In this document: positions 9,689-18,458 of the stretch, in pieces | Position numbering within the stretch: the stretch's first letter is position 1 | Layout of the letters: each line of letters opens with the position of its first letter | Source of the DNA: an uncultured Bacilli bacterium | GTDB taxonomy: Bacteria > Bacillota_I > Bacilli_A > RF39 > UBA660 | NCBI GenBank assembly: GCA_944333345.1 | Contig: CALVKW010000003.1 | Span: forward strand, 1 to 33,903 | Reading direction: 5' to 3' | DNA length: 33,903 nucleotides | The notes under the pieces: model-generated | What the model was told of the DNA's origin: nothing | The model's database searches: none | Seen by the model: only the letters and a program-made list of their open reading frames with translations | Translations under genes and position numbers: made by a program

Positions 9689-10801
9689 ATGTTAGTAGAA
9701 AAGTATAGTTCTCTAAATCAAGAAAGAGCGGATAAAAGATTAGAAAGATATTTTAAAACAAAAACACTACAACGTCTAAAAGGAAAAGGAATGTTCTGTG
9801 GAATGGATTATACGGGCATAAAAATAATAAGACCTATAGAATATTATTCTAGATATGACCATTCAAAAAATGTAGCGAATACTGCCTGCAAACTATCAGA
9901 TGAACTAAAAGTAGCTTTAGCCGGAGCTTTTCATGATGTAGGAACATTATCCTTTGCTCATGTAAATTCATTTAAAAAGAAAGACGCAATGCACCAAGCA
10001 TCCGATGAATTAAAAATAGAGTCCGTCCTAAAACAAGATGAAGAACTTTTAGAATACTTACATGAAGATAAAATAGAATTAAAAGACGTCACAAATCCAG
10101 AACAATATCCTCTAATAGATAAAGAAATTCCAGCACTTTGTCTAGATAGATCGGATGGTATATTAGCTACTTGTCTTTTCTGGGCACATACACATTCCTT
10201 CGAAGAAATCAAAGCTCTATATTACATGCTTGCTTATTTTGAAAATTTAAATGGCCAGTGTGTAGATATTTTTAATTCTCGTTTTGAAAACTTTACCGGA
10301 GAAATGGCCTTAGATGAAGGTTATGATGCAGAATTTGAAGACTTTTTTAGCGCAATCAACATATATAGTAAATTACAATTAACAAAAGAAGACCGCTATT
10401 TTATGGAGCTTCTTGGATTGGCTCTAAACTATTATGAAGATATAGGGACCATTCAAGAAGAAGACTTATTTTGCTTAAGCGAACAAGAAATTATAGATAA
10501 AATATTCGATAGTAAAGAAAAAAGTGTTTTAGAAGATATTTTATCCCTAGAAGAAGTCCGTTACGCAACGTCAGAAGATAATGGTATTGTAGTAATAACA
10601 CAACCAAAAATTCGTCAATGCAACCCTCTATGTTTCAATCACATGGCGTTATGCGAAATTAATGATATTTCCGGACAATTTTATCAGGAATTAAATCCGC
10701 TATTTAAGGATATCTGTCTAACGAAGAGACCAATTACAGGAAGTTTAAGTAAGGATACCGTAAAGAAACTATCCAAATATCTAAAACCTAGACAAAATTA
10801 G
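9689..10801 (+). CDS. HD-domain phosphohydrolase (SAMHD1/YwfO-like HD superfamily)
   Basis: SRYDHS ... AGAFHDVG..FAH ... LDRSD motif order (H...HD...D). Confidence 0.8.
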   Translation: MLVEKYSSLNQERADKRLERYFKTKTLQRLKGKGMFCGMDYTGIKIIRPIEYYSRYDHSKNVANTACKLSDELKVALAGAFHDVGTLSFAHVNSFKKKDAMHQASDELKIESVLKQDEELLEYLHEDKIELKDVTNPEQYPLIDKEIPALCLDRSDGILATCLFWAHTHSFEEIKALYYMLAYFENLNGQCVDIFNSRFENFTGEMALDEGYDAEFEDFFSAINIYSKLQLTKEDRYFMELLGLALNYYEDIGTIQEEDLFCLSEQEIIDKIFDSKEKSVLEDILSLEEVRYATSEDNGIVVITQPKIRQCNPLCFNHMALCEINDISGQFYQELNPLFKDICLTKRPITGSLSKDTVKKLSKYLKPRQN

Positions 10802-10808
10802 TTTTTTA

Positions 10809-10817
10809 TGATATAAT
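10809..10817 (+). promoter_or_regulatory. Extended -10 promoter
   Basis: TGATATAAT before SD AGGGGTG and ATG 10844. Confidence 0.65.
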
Positions 10818-10843
10818 ATGCCCAAGTAAGAGGGGTGAATATT

Positions 10844-11011
10844 ATGAAAAGAATAGAAAAGAAAATATTTTTAACGGATAAAAAAAGTGGTAAAAAAATA
10901 TTAATAAGTAGTCAAGAAAAACATTTATCAAAAAGTAATAATAATATCAAGAGTAACTTTTATTTAAGAAGTTATAGAAATCCACAAACGATAGAAAACT
11001 ATGTAAGATAA
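10844..11011 (+). CDS. Small basic protein, 55 aa (not in ORF track)
   Basis: MKRIEKKIFLTDKKSGKKILISSQEKHLSKSNNNIKSNFYLRSYRNPQTIENYVR*; has its own promoter and SD and fills the intergenic gap. Confidence 0.55.
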   Translation: MKRIEKKIFLTDKKSGKKILISSQEKHLSKSNNNIKSNFYLRSYRNPQTIENYVR

Positions 11012-11034
11012 AAGAAAGAATAAAGGTGAGAAAA

Positions 11035-11577
11035 ATGCATACCAAACAAATTCGAGGGGTTATTATAAGTGAAGACTCATGTCGAGACACTAATAGAAAA
11101 AAGCTAGTACGAAATAAAGATTATATAAGAAGTAGAACTTATAACGCATACATATTACCAGGGTTTGGTGCCTGGATGGGAAATGTATCTGACCCTCCCA
11201 ACATCCATTCTCCTCATTATAGCGAGTTTGCTGAAGCGGGGTATGAATTAGTAGTAGGGCCAGCAAGTAATAGTTGGTGTGAGCATGGAATTTACTGTAA
11301 AAATTATCAAGAGTTATATCAATCAAAATTAGATGCCGTAGACAGATTAATAAAAAAGGATATATCTCCAAATAGCAAAAGAAAAGCGGTAGAACAATTG
11401 CTAAAAAGACAGCATATTACAACAAGCGACACACTAGACCAAAAGTTAAGAAAAGTACTAAGTGTAATGGATTTTCTTGGTACAAAACAAGAGGTTAGAA
11501 AAAGAACGGAAAATTTTAGTGCAGAACAAATAGCAGAAAATCCAAAAGTATATAAAAGAGCAATCACAAGAAGATAG
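11035..11577 (+). CDS. Hypothetical protein sharing a domain with the 5652 ORF
   Basis: SD AAAGGTGAG before ATG 11035; motifs GYELVVGPA and HGIYCKNYQE. Confidence 0.75.
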   Translation: MHTKQIRGVIISEDSCRDTNRKKLVRNKDYIRSRTYNAYILPGFGAWMGNVSDPPNIHSPHYSEFAEAGYELVVGPASNSWCEHGIYCKNYQELYQSKLDAVDRLIKKDISPNSKRKAVEQLLKRQHITTSDTLDQKLRKVLSVMDFLGTKQEVRKRTENFSAEQIAENPKVYKRAITRR

Positions 11578-11590
11578 ATTGTTCTTTTCT

Positions 11591-11619
11591 TTTACAAAAA
11601 ATATAATCTTTGTTATAAT
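11591..11619 (+). promoter_or_regulatory. sigmaA promoter of tkt
   Basis: TTTACA-N17-TATAAT with extended TG. Confidence 0.7.
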
Positions 11620-11641
11620 GAACTCATAAGGAGTGATTTTT

Positions 11642-13633
11642 GTGATAAATCCCAAAAGAGACGAGAGTGAAATTAATGAGGAGAAAATCGTAGATCAAAT
11701 TCGTTCATTAGGAATAGATATGATTGACGAAGCAGGAAGTGGTCACCCTGGAATAGTCTTAGGTGCAGCACCTATCATCTATAGTCTATATGCTCACCAT
11801 TTAAAATTTGATCCTAATCATCCGGATTTTTATAACAGAGACCGATTTATTATGTCATCAGGGCATGGATCAGCATTGTTATATGCAACACTTTATATGG
11901 CTGGATATCCACTAACACTAGAGGATTTAAAATCATTTAGACAAATAGATTCCAAGACACCAGGGCACCCAGAATATAAAACTACCCCAGGAGTAGAAGT
12001 AACAACAGGTCCTCTTGGGCAAGGATTCGCAACTGCCGTAGGTATCGCTATGGCAGAAGCAAATTTAAGTGCGAAATTTAATAAAGGTAAAAAAGAAATC
12101 ATTAACTACCATACTTATGTATTATGTGGTGATGGTGATTTAATGGAAGGGATAAGCTATGAAGCGGCATCTCTTGCTGGAACATTAAAACTAAATAAAT
12201 TAATTGTATTATATGACTCTAACGATATATGTCTAGACGGAGATACCTCTCAATGTTTTACGGAAAATGTAGCGATGCGTTTCATTGCCCAAGGTTGGAA
12301 TGTTATTTCAGTTCCAGATGGAAACAATATCCCATCAATTACAAAGGCAATAGACGATGCCAAAGCATCAACCGATAAGCCAACCTTAATAGAAATAAAA
12401 ACAACAATCGGTAAATATTCTAAATTAGAAGGAACAAATCTTGTTCATGGAGGACCATTAGAAAAAGAAGATATTACTTCTATTAAAGAAAAAATGCAAA
12501 TTAGAGATATTCCATTTACAATTTCTCAAATAACTATGGATGACTTTCAAACATTTATCCATAATCGATGCAAAAATATCGTAGAAAAATTTGAAAAACA
12601 ATTGGAAGGGCTAGATGAAAAAGAAAAAAAAGAACTACAAGATTTCATGAATGGTAAAAAAACATTTGATATTAAAGATGTAATTTATGAAGCTCCACAA
12701 GAAAAAGAGGAAGCGACAAGAATCACCTCTGGAAAAATACTATCATCTATCACTCGAACATATCCATCCATTATTGGAGGAAGTTCCGATGTCTTTAAAC
12801 CTACAAAAACTTATGTAAAAGAAGTGGGAGATTTTAAAAGCGATAATTACCAAGGAAAAAATATTTTCTTCGGTGTCAGAGAACATTGTATGGGAGCAAT
12901 TCTAAATGGGTTTGCCTTATGTGGATATCATCCATATGGATCAACATTCTTAAGTTTTAGTGACTATTTAAAGCCAAGTATTAGAATGTCTGCCATGATG
13001 GATTTACCAGTAACTTATATTTTTACTCACGATTCTATCAGTATAGGGGAGGATGGCGCGACTCATCAACCAGTAGAACAATTATCTTCACTTAGAGCCA
13101 CTCCAAATCTAGAAGTCTTCCGTCCTGCAGACGCTAACGAAGTAATCGGGGTATATCGTACTATCTTTGAAAAAGAAAGCGGGCCATCCGTTATAGTATT
13201 ATCACGAAACAAAACTCCAATATTAGAAACAACCAAAATAAATGAAATTTCTAAAGGTGGATATATTGTATTCGATACCGAAAGGAAACCTTCTGGTATC
13301 TTAATCGCAACAGGAGAAGAAGTCCATCTAGGAATAGAAGTCGCCAAAAGATTAAAAACCAAAGGAATGGATATTAGAGTAGTATCTATGCCATGTATCA
13401 AACGTTTTGAAAATCAAGATCAAGAATATATAGATAATGTTTTACCGGTAGAAATAAGAAAAATAGTTATTGAAGCAGCCTCATCTATGTCATGGAATAG
13501 CATAGTCTTTAACAAGAAATATCTAATCACTCTAGATAATTATGGGGCATCTGGTAAAAAAGAAGATGTCTATAAAAAATTTGGATTTGACATCGATTCA
13601 TTAGAAGAAAAAGTAGAAAATTTATTAAAATAA
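11642..13633 (+). CDS. tkt: Transketolase
   Basis: SGHPG, RDRFIMSSGHGSALLY, TTGPLGQG, GDGDLMEG (ThDP motif), FGVREH, GEDGATHQPVEQ; probable GTG start at 11642 after SD AAGGAGTG. Confidence 0.97.
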   Translation: MINPKRDESEINEEKIVDQIRSLGIDMIDEAGSGHPGIVLGAAPIIYSLYAHHLKFDPNHPDFYNRDRFIMSSGHGSALLYATLYMAGYPLTLEDLKSFRQIDSKTPGHPEYKTTPGVEVTTGPLGQGFATAVGIAMAEANLSAKFNKGKKEIINYHTYVLCGDGDLMEGISYEAASLAGTLKLNKLIVLYDSNDICLDGDTSQCFTENVAMRFIAQGWNVISVPDGNNIPSITKAIDDAKASTDKPTLIEIKTTIGKYSKLEGTNLVHGGPLEKEDITSIKEKMQIRDIPFTISQITMDDFQTFIHNRCKNIVEKFEKQLEGLDEKEKKELQDFMNGKKTFDIKDVIYEAPQEKEEATRITSGKILSSITRTYPSIIGGSSDVFKPTKTYVKEVGDFKSDNYQGKNIFFGVREHCMGAILNGFALCGYHPYGSTFLSFSDYLKPSIRMSAMMDLPVTYIFTHDSISIGEDGATHQPVEQLSSLRATPNLEVFRPADANEVIGVYRTIFEKESGPSVIVLSRNKTPILETTKINEISKGGYIVFDTERKPSGILIATGEEVHLGIEVAKRLKTKGMDIRVVSMPCIKRFENQDQEYIDNVLPVEIRKIVIEAASSMSWNSIVFNKKYLITLDNYGASGKKEDVYKKFGFDIDSLEEKVENLLK

Positions 13634-13682
13634 TCGACAAAAATAGACTCCAATCTAGAGTATAGTAAATCTAGGTGATAAG

Positions 13683-14114
13683 ATGAGAGTCTATTTTATT
13701 TTTGATATTAAAGAAGAATTTATTAATTTATATCGAGGTAACGAAAGAATTCTATATAATATTTTAAAACAAATTTATTATTTAGAAAAAGAAGAAGTAG
13801 AATACGGATACAATTTATTTAGACAATTAATTAATACGATGGATAAAGAAAAAATAGATAGATATTTATTCATAAAACTTCATCAAGATATTCCATATTC
13901 TAAAAGAAAAGATATTCACTACTACAATAACTTATATCGTGACGAAGTAAGCAGACTAACCGTAAAAAAAAGTTATATAAAAATAGAAGCAGAACAGCTA
14001 TCTTCTTCCTTCTTCCATTATCTAAATCAATTAAATCTTAGACTATTTGTATGTGAATTTAAATACCAAGACTATTTCTTTTTACAAGAATTTGAAGAAA
14101 AAGAGACAATATAA
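13683..14114 (+). CDS. sirA: Sporulation inhibitor of replication SirA (YneE)-like
   Basis: N-terminus YFIFDIKEEFINLYRGNERILY resembles SirA; ~143 aa; lies between tkt and yneF as in Bacillus. Confidence 0.8.
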   Translation: MRVYFIFDIKEEFINLYRGNERILYNILKQIYYLEKEEVEYGYNLFRQLINTMDKEKIDRYLFIKLHQDIPYSKRKDIHYYNNLYRDEVSRLTVKKSYIKIEAEQLSSSFFHYLNQLNLRLFVCEFKYQDYFFLQEFEEKETI

Positions 14115-14115
14115 C

Positions 14116-14144
14116 TTGTAGAATAGATAAATTTCTAGTAAAAT
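14116..14144 (+). promoter_or_regulatory. Probable sigmaA promoter of yneF
   Basis: TTGTAG-N17-TAAAAT. Confidence 0.5.
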
Positions 14145-14167
14145 ATGAGTAGTAAGGAGATGAAATT

Positions 14168-14377
14168 ATGTTACATGATATATTAATGGTATTATTGGGA
14201 TTAGTAATCGGCTTAATTATCGGAGTCGTTGTAGCAAGAAAATTAATGAAAAAATATTTAAAAGAAAATCCTCCAATCAACGAAGAAATGTTGAAAGGGT
14301 TAATGATGCAAATGGGTAGAAAACCTAATCAAAAACAAATTAATCAAATGATGAAAGCCATGCAAAAATATCAATAG
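14168..14377 (+). CDS. yneF: YneF family (UPF0154) small membrane protein
   Basis: TM helix plus [23 protein letters not shown] signature. Confidence 0.93.
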   Translation: MLHDILMVLLGLVIGLIIGVVVARKLMKKYLKENPPINEEMLKGLMMQMGRKPNQKQINQMMKAMQKYQ

Positions 14378-14398
14378 AAGAAGAGAAATCTTCTTTTT
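14378..14398 (+). terminator. Intrinsic terminator
   Basis: AAGAAGA-gaaa-TCTTCTT plus T run. Confidence 0.7.
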
Positions 14399-14445
14399 AT
14401 TTATCTAAAAATACGATATAATAAATTAGAATTGTTGGTGATACG

Positions 14446-16209
14446 ATGAAAAACTTTAAAGAAAAATTAGCTTTAGTTCCTAATAAACCAGGTAGTTATC
14501 AAATGAAAAATAAAGATGGTGTAATTATCTACGTGGGAAAAGCAAAGAATTTAAAAAATAGATTAAAAAGTTATTTTACCGGAACTGTAACTGGAAAAAC
14601 TAGAGCCCTAGTAGAAGATATTGACGATTTTGAATATATTGTAACCTCTAGCGAATTAGAAAGTTTAATTTTAGAAATTACCCTAATAAAAAAACATGAT
14701 CCTAAGTATAATATCTTATTAAAAGATGATAAAACCTATCCCTATATCGAATTAACAAACGAAAAATATCCAAGACTTAAAATTGTTAGAAATACAAAAA
14801 GAAAAAAGACCAAAGATCATTTATATGGTCCCTATCCCAATGTAGCGGCAGCAAGAAAAACCGTAGAAATGATTAATAGAATTTATCCCCTAAGAAAATG
14901 TGATAAATTAAAAAAAGAATTATGTCTTTATTATCATATCCATGAATGCCTTGGATATTGTGTAAAAGAAGTATCACAAGAAGAAATCAATCAAATGAAA
15001 AAAGAAATAACTTCTTTTCTAAAAGGGGATTCTAAAGAAATCGTCGAAAAAATAAAAAAAGAGATGGAACAAGCTAGTGAAGCTATGAATTATGAAAAAG
15101 CTTTAGAGTTAAAGAAAATGTTAGAAGATATTGATATTACTCTTCGTAAACAAAAAATAGATTTAAATAAAGGTTATCAATTTGATTTAGTAAATTATTA
15201 TAAAGATGAAAATTATTTATCGATAGAAATATTTTTTATTCGTGATGGATTATTATTTGGGAGACATAACGAAATTATTCAAACGATGATAGACCCGGAA
15301 GAAGAAGTAACAGAATACTTAATTAAATTCTATGACAAACAAGGAATGTTACCAAAAGAGTTATATTTACCAGAGGAATTAAATAGTGAACTAATCAGTG
15401 AATATTTTGAGTTAAAAACATATACTCCTCAAAAAGGAAAACTAAAAAAACTTTTAGATCTAGCCAAAGAAAACGCCAAGGAGCAACTAGATTTACAAGA
15501 AGAAACCTTAAAGAAAGATGATAACCTAAGACAAGAAGCGATTGAGGAATTAAAATATTTATTACATTTAGATAACGTATCCAGAATGGAATCCTTTGAT
15601 AACTCTCATTTATTTGGAACCTTCTATGTAGGAGGAATGGTAGTATTTGAAGATTTTTTACCATTAAAAAATGAATATCGAAAATTTAAAATATCTACAG
15701 AAGTAAAAGATGATTTAAGTGCTATGAAAGAAGTTTTATATCGAAGATATTATAAAGTATTGATGGAAAATTTGCAAAAACCAGATTTAATCGTTATGGA
15801 CGGAGGAAAACTTCAAATCAGTGTAGCAAAAGAAATAATTGACTCCTTAGGACTACACATACCAATTATTGGACTAGTAAAAGATGAAGGACATAGAACA
15901 AGTTATATTATGAACGATAAATATGAAATATTAGATGTTCCTAAAGACTCAAATTTATTTTTATTCTTTACAAGAATTCAAGAGGAAGTTCATAGATATG
16001 CAATTACATATCATAGAAACATAAAAGCCAAAGGAATGTTATCTAGTGTATTAGATGTAGTTCCTGGCATTGGAGAAGTAAGAAAAAAAGAATTATTAAA
16101 ACATTTTGGGTCACTAAAACGGTTAAAGGAAGCATCAGAAGAAGAACTAGCCGAGGTTGTTTCTAAAGAGGTAGCAAAAAATTTAGTTACTTACTTAAAA
16201 GAGTTGTAG
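14446..16209 (+). CDS. uvrC: Excinuclease ABC subunit C
   Basis: GIY-YIG (IYVGKAKNLKNRLKSYF), Cys cluster, UVR domain, FDNSH, PDLIVMDGG, C-terminal HhH (VPGIG). Confidence 0.97.
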   Translation: MKNFKEKLALVPNKPGSYQMKNKDGVIIYVGKAKNLKNRLKSYFTGTVTGKTRALVEDIDDFEYIVTSSELESLILEITLIKKHDPKYNILLKDDKTYPYIELTNEKYPRLKIVRNTKRKKTKDHLYGPYPNVAAARKTVEMINRIYPLRKCDKLKKELCLYYHIHECLGYCVKEVSQEEINQMKKEITSFLKGDSKEIVEKIKKEMEQASEAMNYEKALELKKMLEDIDITLRKQKIDLNKGYQFDLVNYYKDENYLSIEIFFIRDGLLFGRHNEIIQTMIDPEEEVTEYLIKFYDKQGMLPKELYLPEELNSELISEYFELKTYTPQKGKLKKLLDLAKENAKEQLDLQEETLKKDDNLRQEAIEELKYLLHLDNVSRMESFDNSHLFGTFYVGGMVVFEDFLPLKNEYRKFKISTEVKDDLSAMKEVLYRRYYKVLMENLQKPDLIVMDGGKLQISVAKEIIDSLGLHIPIIGLVKDEGHRTSYIMNDKYEILDVPKDSNLFLFFTRIQEEVHRYAITYHRNIKAKGMLSSVLDVVPGIGEVRKKELLKHFGSLKRLKEASEEELAEVVSKEVAKNLVTYLKEL

Positions 16210-16236
16210 TATAATGGATATGAAAGGGTGAAAAAA

Positions 16237-16659
16237 ATGAGAGAATTAAATAAAAAGGGATTCACAATTGTTGAGATGTTAGCTACCTTAGTAATATTAG
16301 CAATAATGATGGGGGTTGCAATAGGAGCTGTTTATATTCATGCTCAAAATTCAAGAAAACAGTCCATGGAAACGATAGCTTCTACTTCCTATGATGGCAT
16401 GGTAAACTATATGATGGAAAATGGTATACTATTAAACCCTTCTGGAACAGCAGGAGATAGTCAAAGCATAACCATAGAAGAACTATATGATAACAATTAT
16501 GTAGAACGTCCAAACGACCCATACAATGATGGAGCGATGTGTTCTGGAACCGTAACAGTAACAAATGAATCAACATCAGCATCCACTGGAATAGACGATT
16601 ATCGTTATGATGTACATGTAGAGTGTTCAGGAGATCATGTATTAGATGTAACATACTAA
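16237..16659 (+). CDS. Type IV pilin/pseudopilin-like protein
   Basis: Class III signal peptide KKG|FTIVEMLATLVILAIMMGVA; C-terminal Cys pair; ATG 16237 after SD GGGTG. Confidence 0.85.
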   Translation: MRELNKKGFTIVEMLATLVILAIMMGVAIGAVYIHAQNSRKQSMETIASTSYDGMVNYMMENGILLNPSGTAGDSQSITIEELYDNNYVERPNDPYNDGAMCSGTVTVTNESTSASTGIDDYRYDVHVECSGDHVLDVTY

Positions 16660-16677
16660 TAGAGTAGGAAGTGACAT

Positions 16678-18447
16678 ATGAGCAAAATCAAAGTCATGGA
16701 CGAGATTCTTGCGAATAAAATTGCAGCAGGAGAAGTCGTAGAAAAAACAATGAATGTTGTAAAAGAATTAGTAGAAAATTCTATTGATGCCCAAAGTGAT
16801 GAAATAAAAATAGAATTAATGGATTCTGGTGTAAAAGAAATTAAAGTAACAGATAATGGAATAGGGATGGATAGAGAAGACACCAGTCTTGCTTTCTCAC
16901 GACATGCAACATCCAAATTAAAAAATTTAGATGATTTATTTAATATTGAATCCTTAGGTTTTAGAGGAGAGGCATTACCATCCATCGCCTCTGTTTCTAA
17001 CATTGAGTTAAAGACATCAAATGGTGAGATAGGAACCTATCTAACATTATCCGGTGGTAAAGATATGCACGTAGAAGACAGTGACTTACAACCCGGTACC
17101 ACAATTACAGTAAAAGATTTATTCTATAATACTCCAGTAAGACTAAAATATTTAAAGAATTTATATACAGAATTAGCAAATATAACAGAATATGTAAATA
17201 AAATGGCTCTATCATATCCAAATATTAAATTTACTTTAATAAATAATGATAAAGTTTTACTAGCAACCGATGGAAACGGTGATTTAAAAAAGGTAATATA
17301 TCAAATCTATGGAGCAGATATTACCAAAAAAATGATTGAAATATCAGGAGAAAATGATGACTACTATATTCATGGATACATATCTTATCCAGAAATGACA
17401 AAAAGTAATAGGAACGCTATCACAACCTTGGTAAACGGTAGAGTAATTAAAAATAACGAATTAAATAAAATTATTACAGATAGTTATCATACCTATATAC
17501 CAAAAGATAAATTTCCAATTATTGTTTTAAATATAGACGTAGATCCAATCTTAATAGATATCAATATACATCCAACCAAAATGGATATTAAATTTTCCAA
17601 AATGGATACACTAAAAGAATTAGTATCAGAAGAGATAACGAAAAAATTAAAAGAATTAACGCTAATTCCAACGATTTCAACAAGAACGGAAGAAGCATTA
17701 AGAGAGGCAACGATCCCCTTATATCGAGCTTTTAAAAAAGAAGAAATTCAAGAGCCAAAATATGAAGAGACCGTACTTGATTTTTCAGTAGAGGAACCTA
17801 CATCAAAAGAAGAACAAGAAGAATCTCCGGGTGAAACTAGTGAACAAGAAGTAGTAAGTACTCCAAGAATCAAAAAAATGATTCCAAGAGGAATCGTATA
17901 TTCTACTTATATTATTGCTGAAAATGAAGATGGAATGTATATCATTGACCAACATGCCGCAGCGGAAAGAATTAATTATGAAAAGGTATTAAAATCAATC
18001 AAAGAAAAAGTAATTCCTATAGACTTATTAATACCGATAAAAATTGAACTAACAACAAATGAATTTCTAATTATTAGAAACCACCTAGACATTTTAAAAG
18101 AATATGGATTTTTTGCCGAAGAATTCGGAATGAATACAATAATTATCAGAAGTCATCCTAATTGGATTCCAAATGATATTGCAGAGGAATGTATTAGAAA
18201 AGCAGTAGATATAATCATTACCAAAGAAAACTTTGACCTAGACCAATTTGTATGGAGAATGGCAGCAACAATGGCTTGTCGTATGTCCGTAAAAGCCAAT
18301 GACTATTTATCCTATGATGATCAAGTTTGGCTTTTAGACACCCTAAGAAACTGTGAGAACCCATTTACATGTCCGCATGGCAGACCAACAATTATTACAT
18401 ACACAAAATATGATTTAGAAAAACTATTTAAACGCTCCCTAGATTAG
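16678..18447 (+). CDS. mutL: DNA mismatch repair endonuclease MutL
   Basis: IAAGEVVE, HATSK, GFRGEAL, DINIHPTK, DQHAAAERINYE, ACR, CPHGRP. Confidence 0.97.
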   Translation: MSKIKVMDEILANKIAAGEVVEKTMNVVKELVENSIDAQSDEIKIELMDSGVKEIKVTDNGIGMDREDTSLAFSRHATSKLKNLDDLFNIESLGFRGEALPSIASVSNIELKTSNGEIGTYLTLSGGKDMHVEDSDLQPGTTITVKDLFYNTPVRLKYLKNLYTELANITEYVNKMALSYPNIKFTLINNDKVLLATDGNGDLKKVIYQIYGADITKKMIEISGENDDYYIHGYISYPEMTKSNRNAITTLVNGRVIKNNELNKIITDSYHTYIPKDKFPIIVLNIDVDPILIDINIHPTKMDIKFSKMDTLKELVSEEITKKLKELTLIPTISTRTEEALREATIPLYRAFKKEEIQEPKYEETVLDFSVEEPTSKEEQEESPGETSEQEVVSTPRIKKMIPRGIVYSTYIIAENEDGMYIIDQHAAAERINYEKVLKSIKEKVIPIDLLIPIKIELTTNEFLIIRNHLDILKEYGFFAEEFGMNTIIIRSHPNWIPNDIAEECIRKAVDIIITKENFDLDQFVWRMAATMACRMSVKANDYLSYDDQVWLLDTLRNCENPFTCPHGRPTIITYTKYDLEKLFKRSLD

Positions 18448-18458
18448 AAGGTGAAAAA

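Noticed and set aside
14400-14445. LexA/SOS box upstream of uvrC
   Set aside because: No GAAC-N4-GTTC match was seen.
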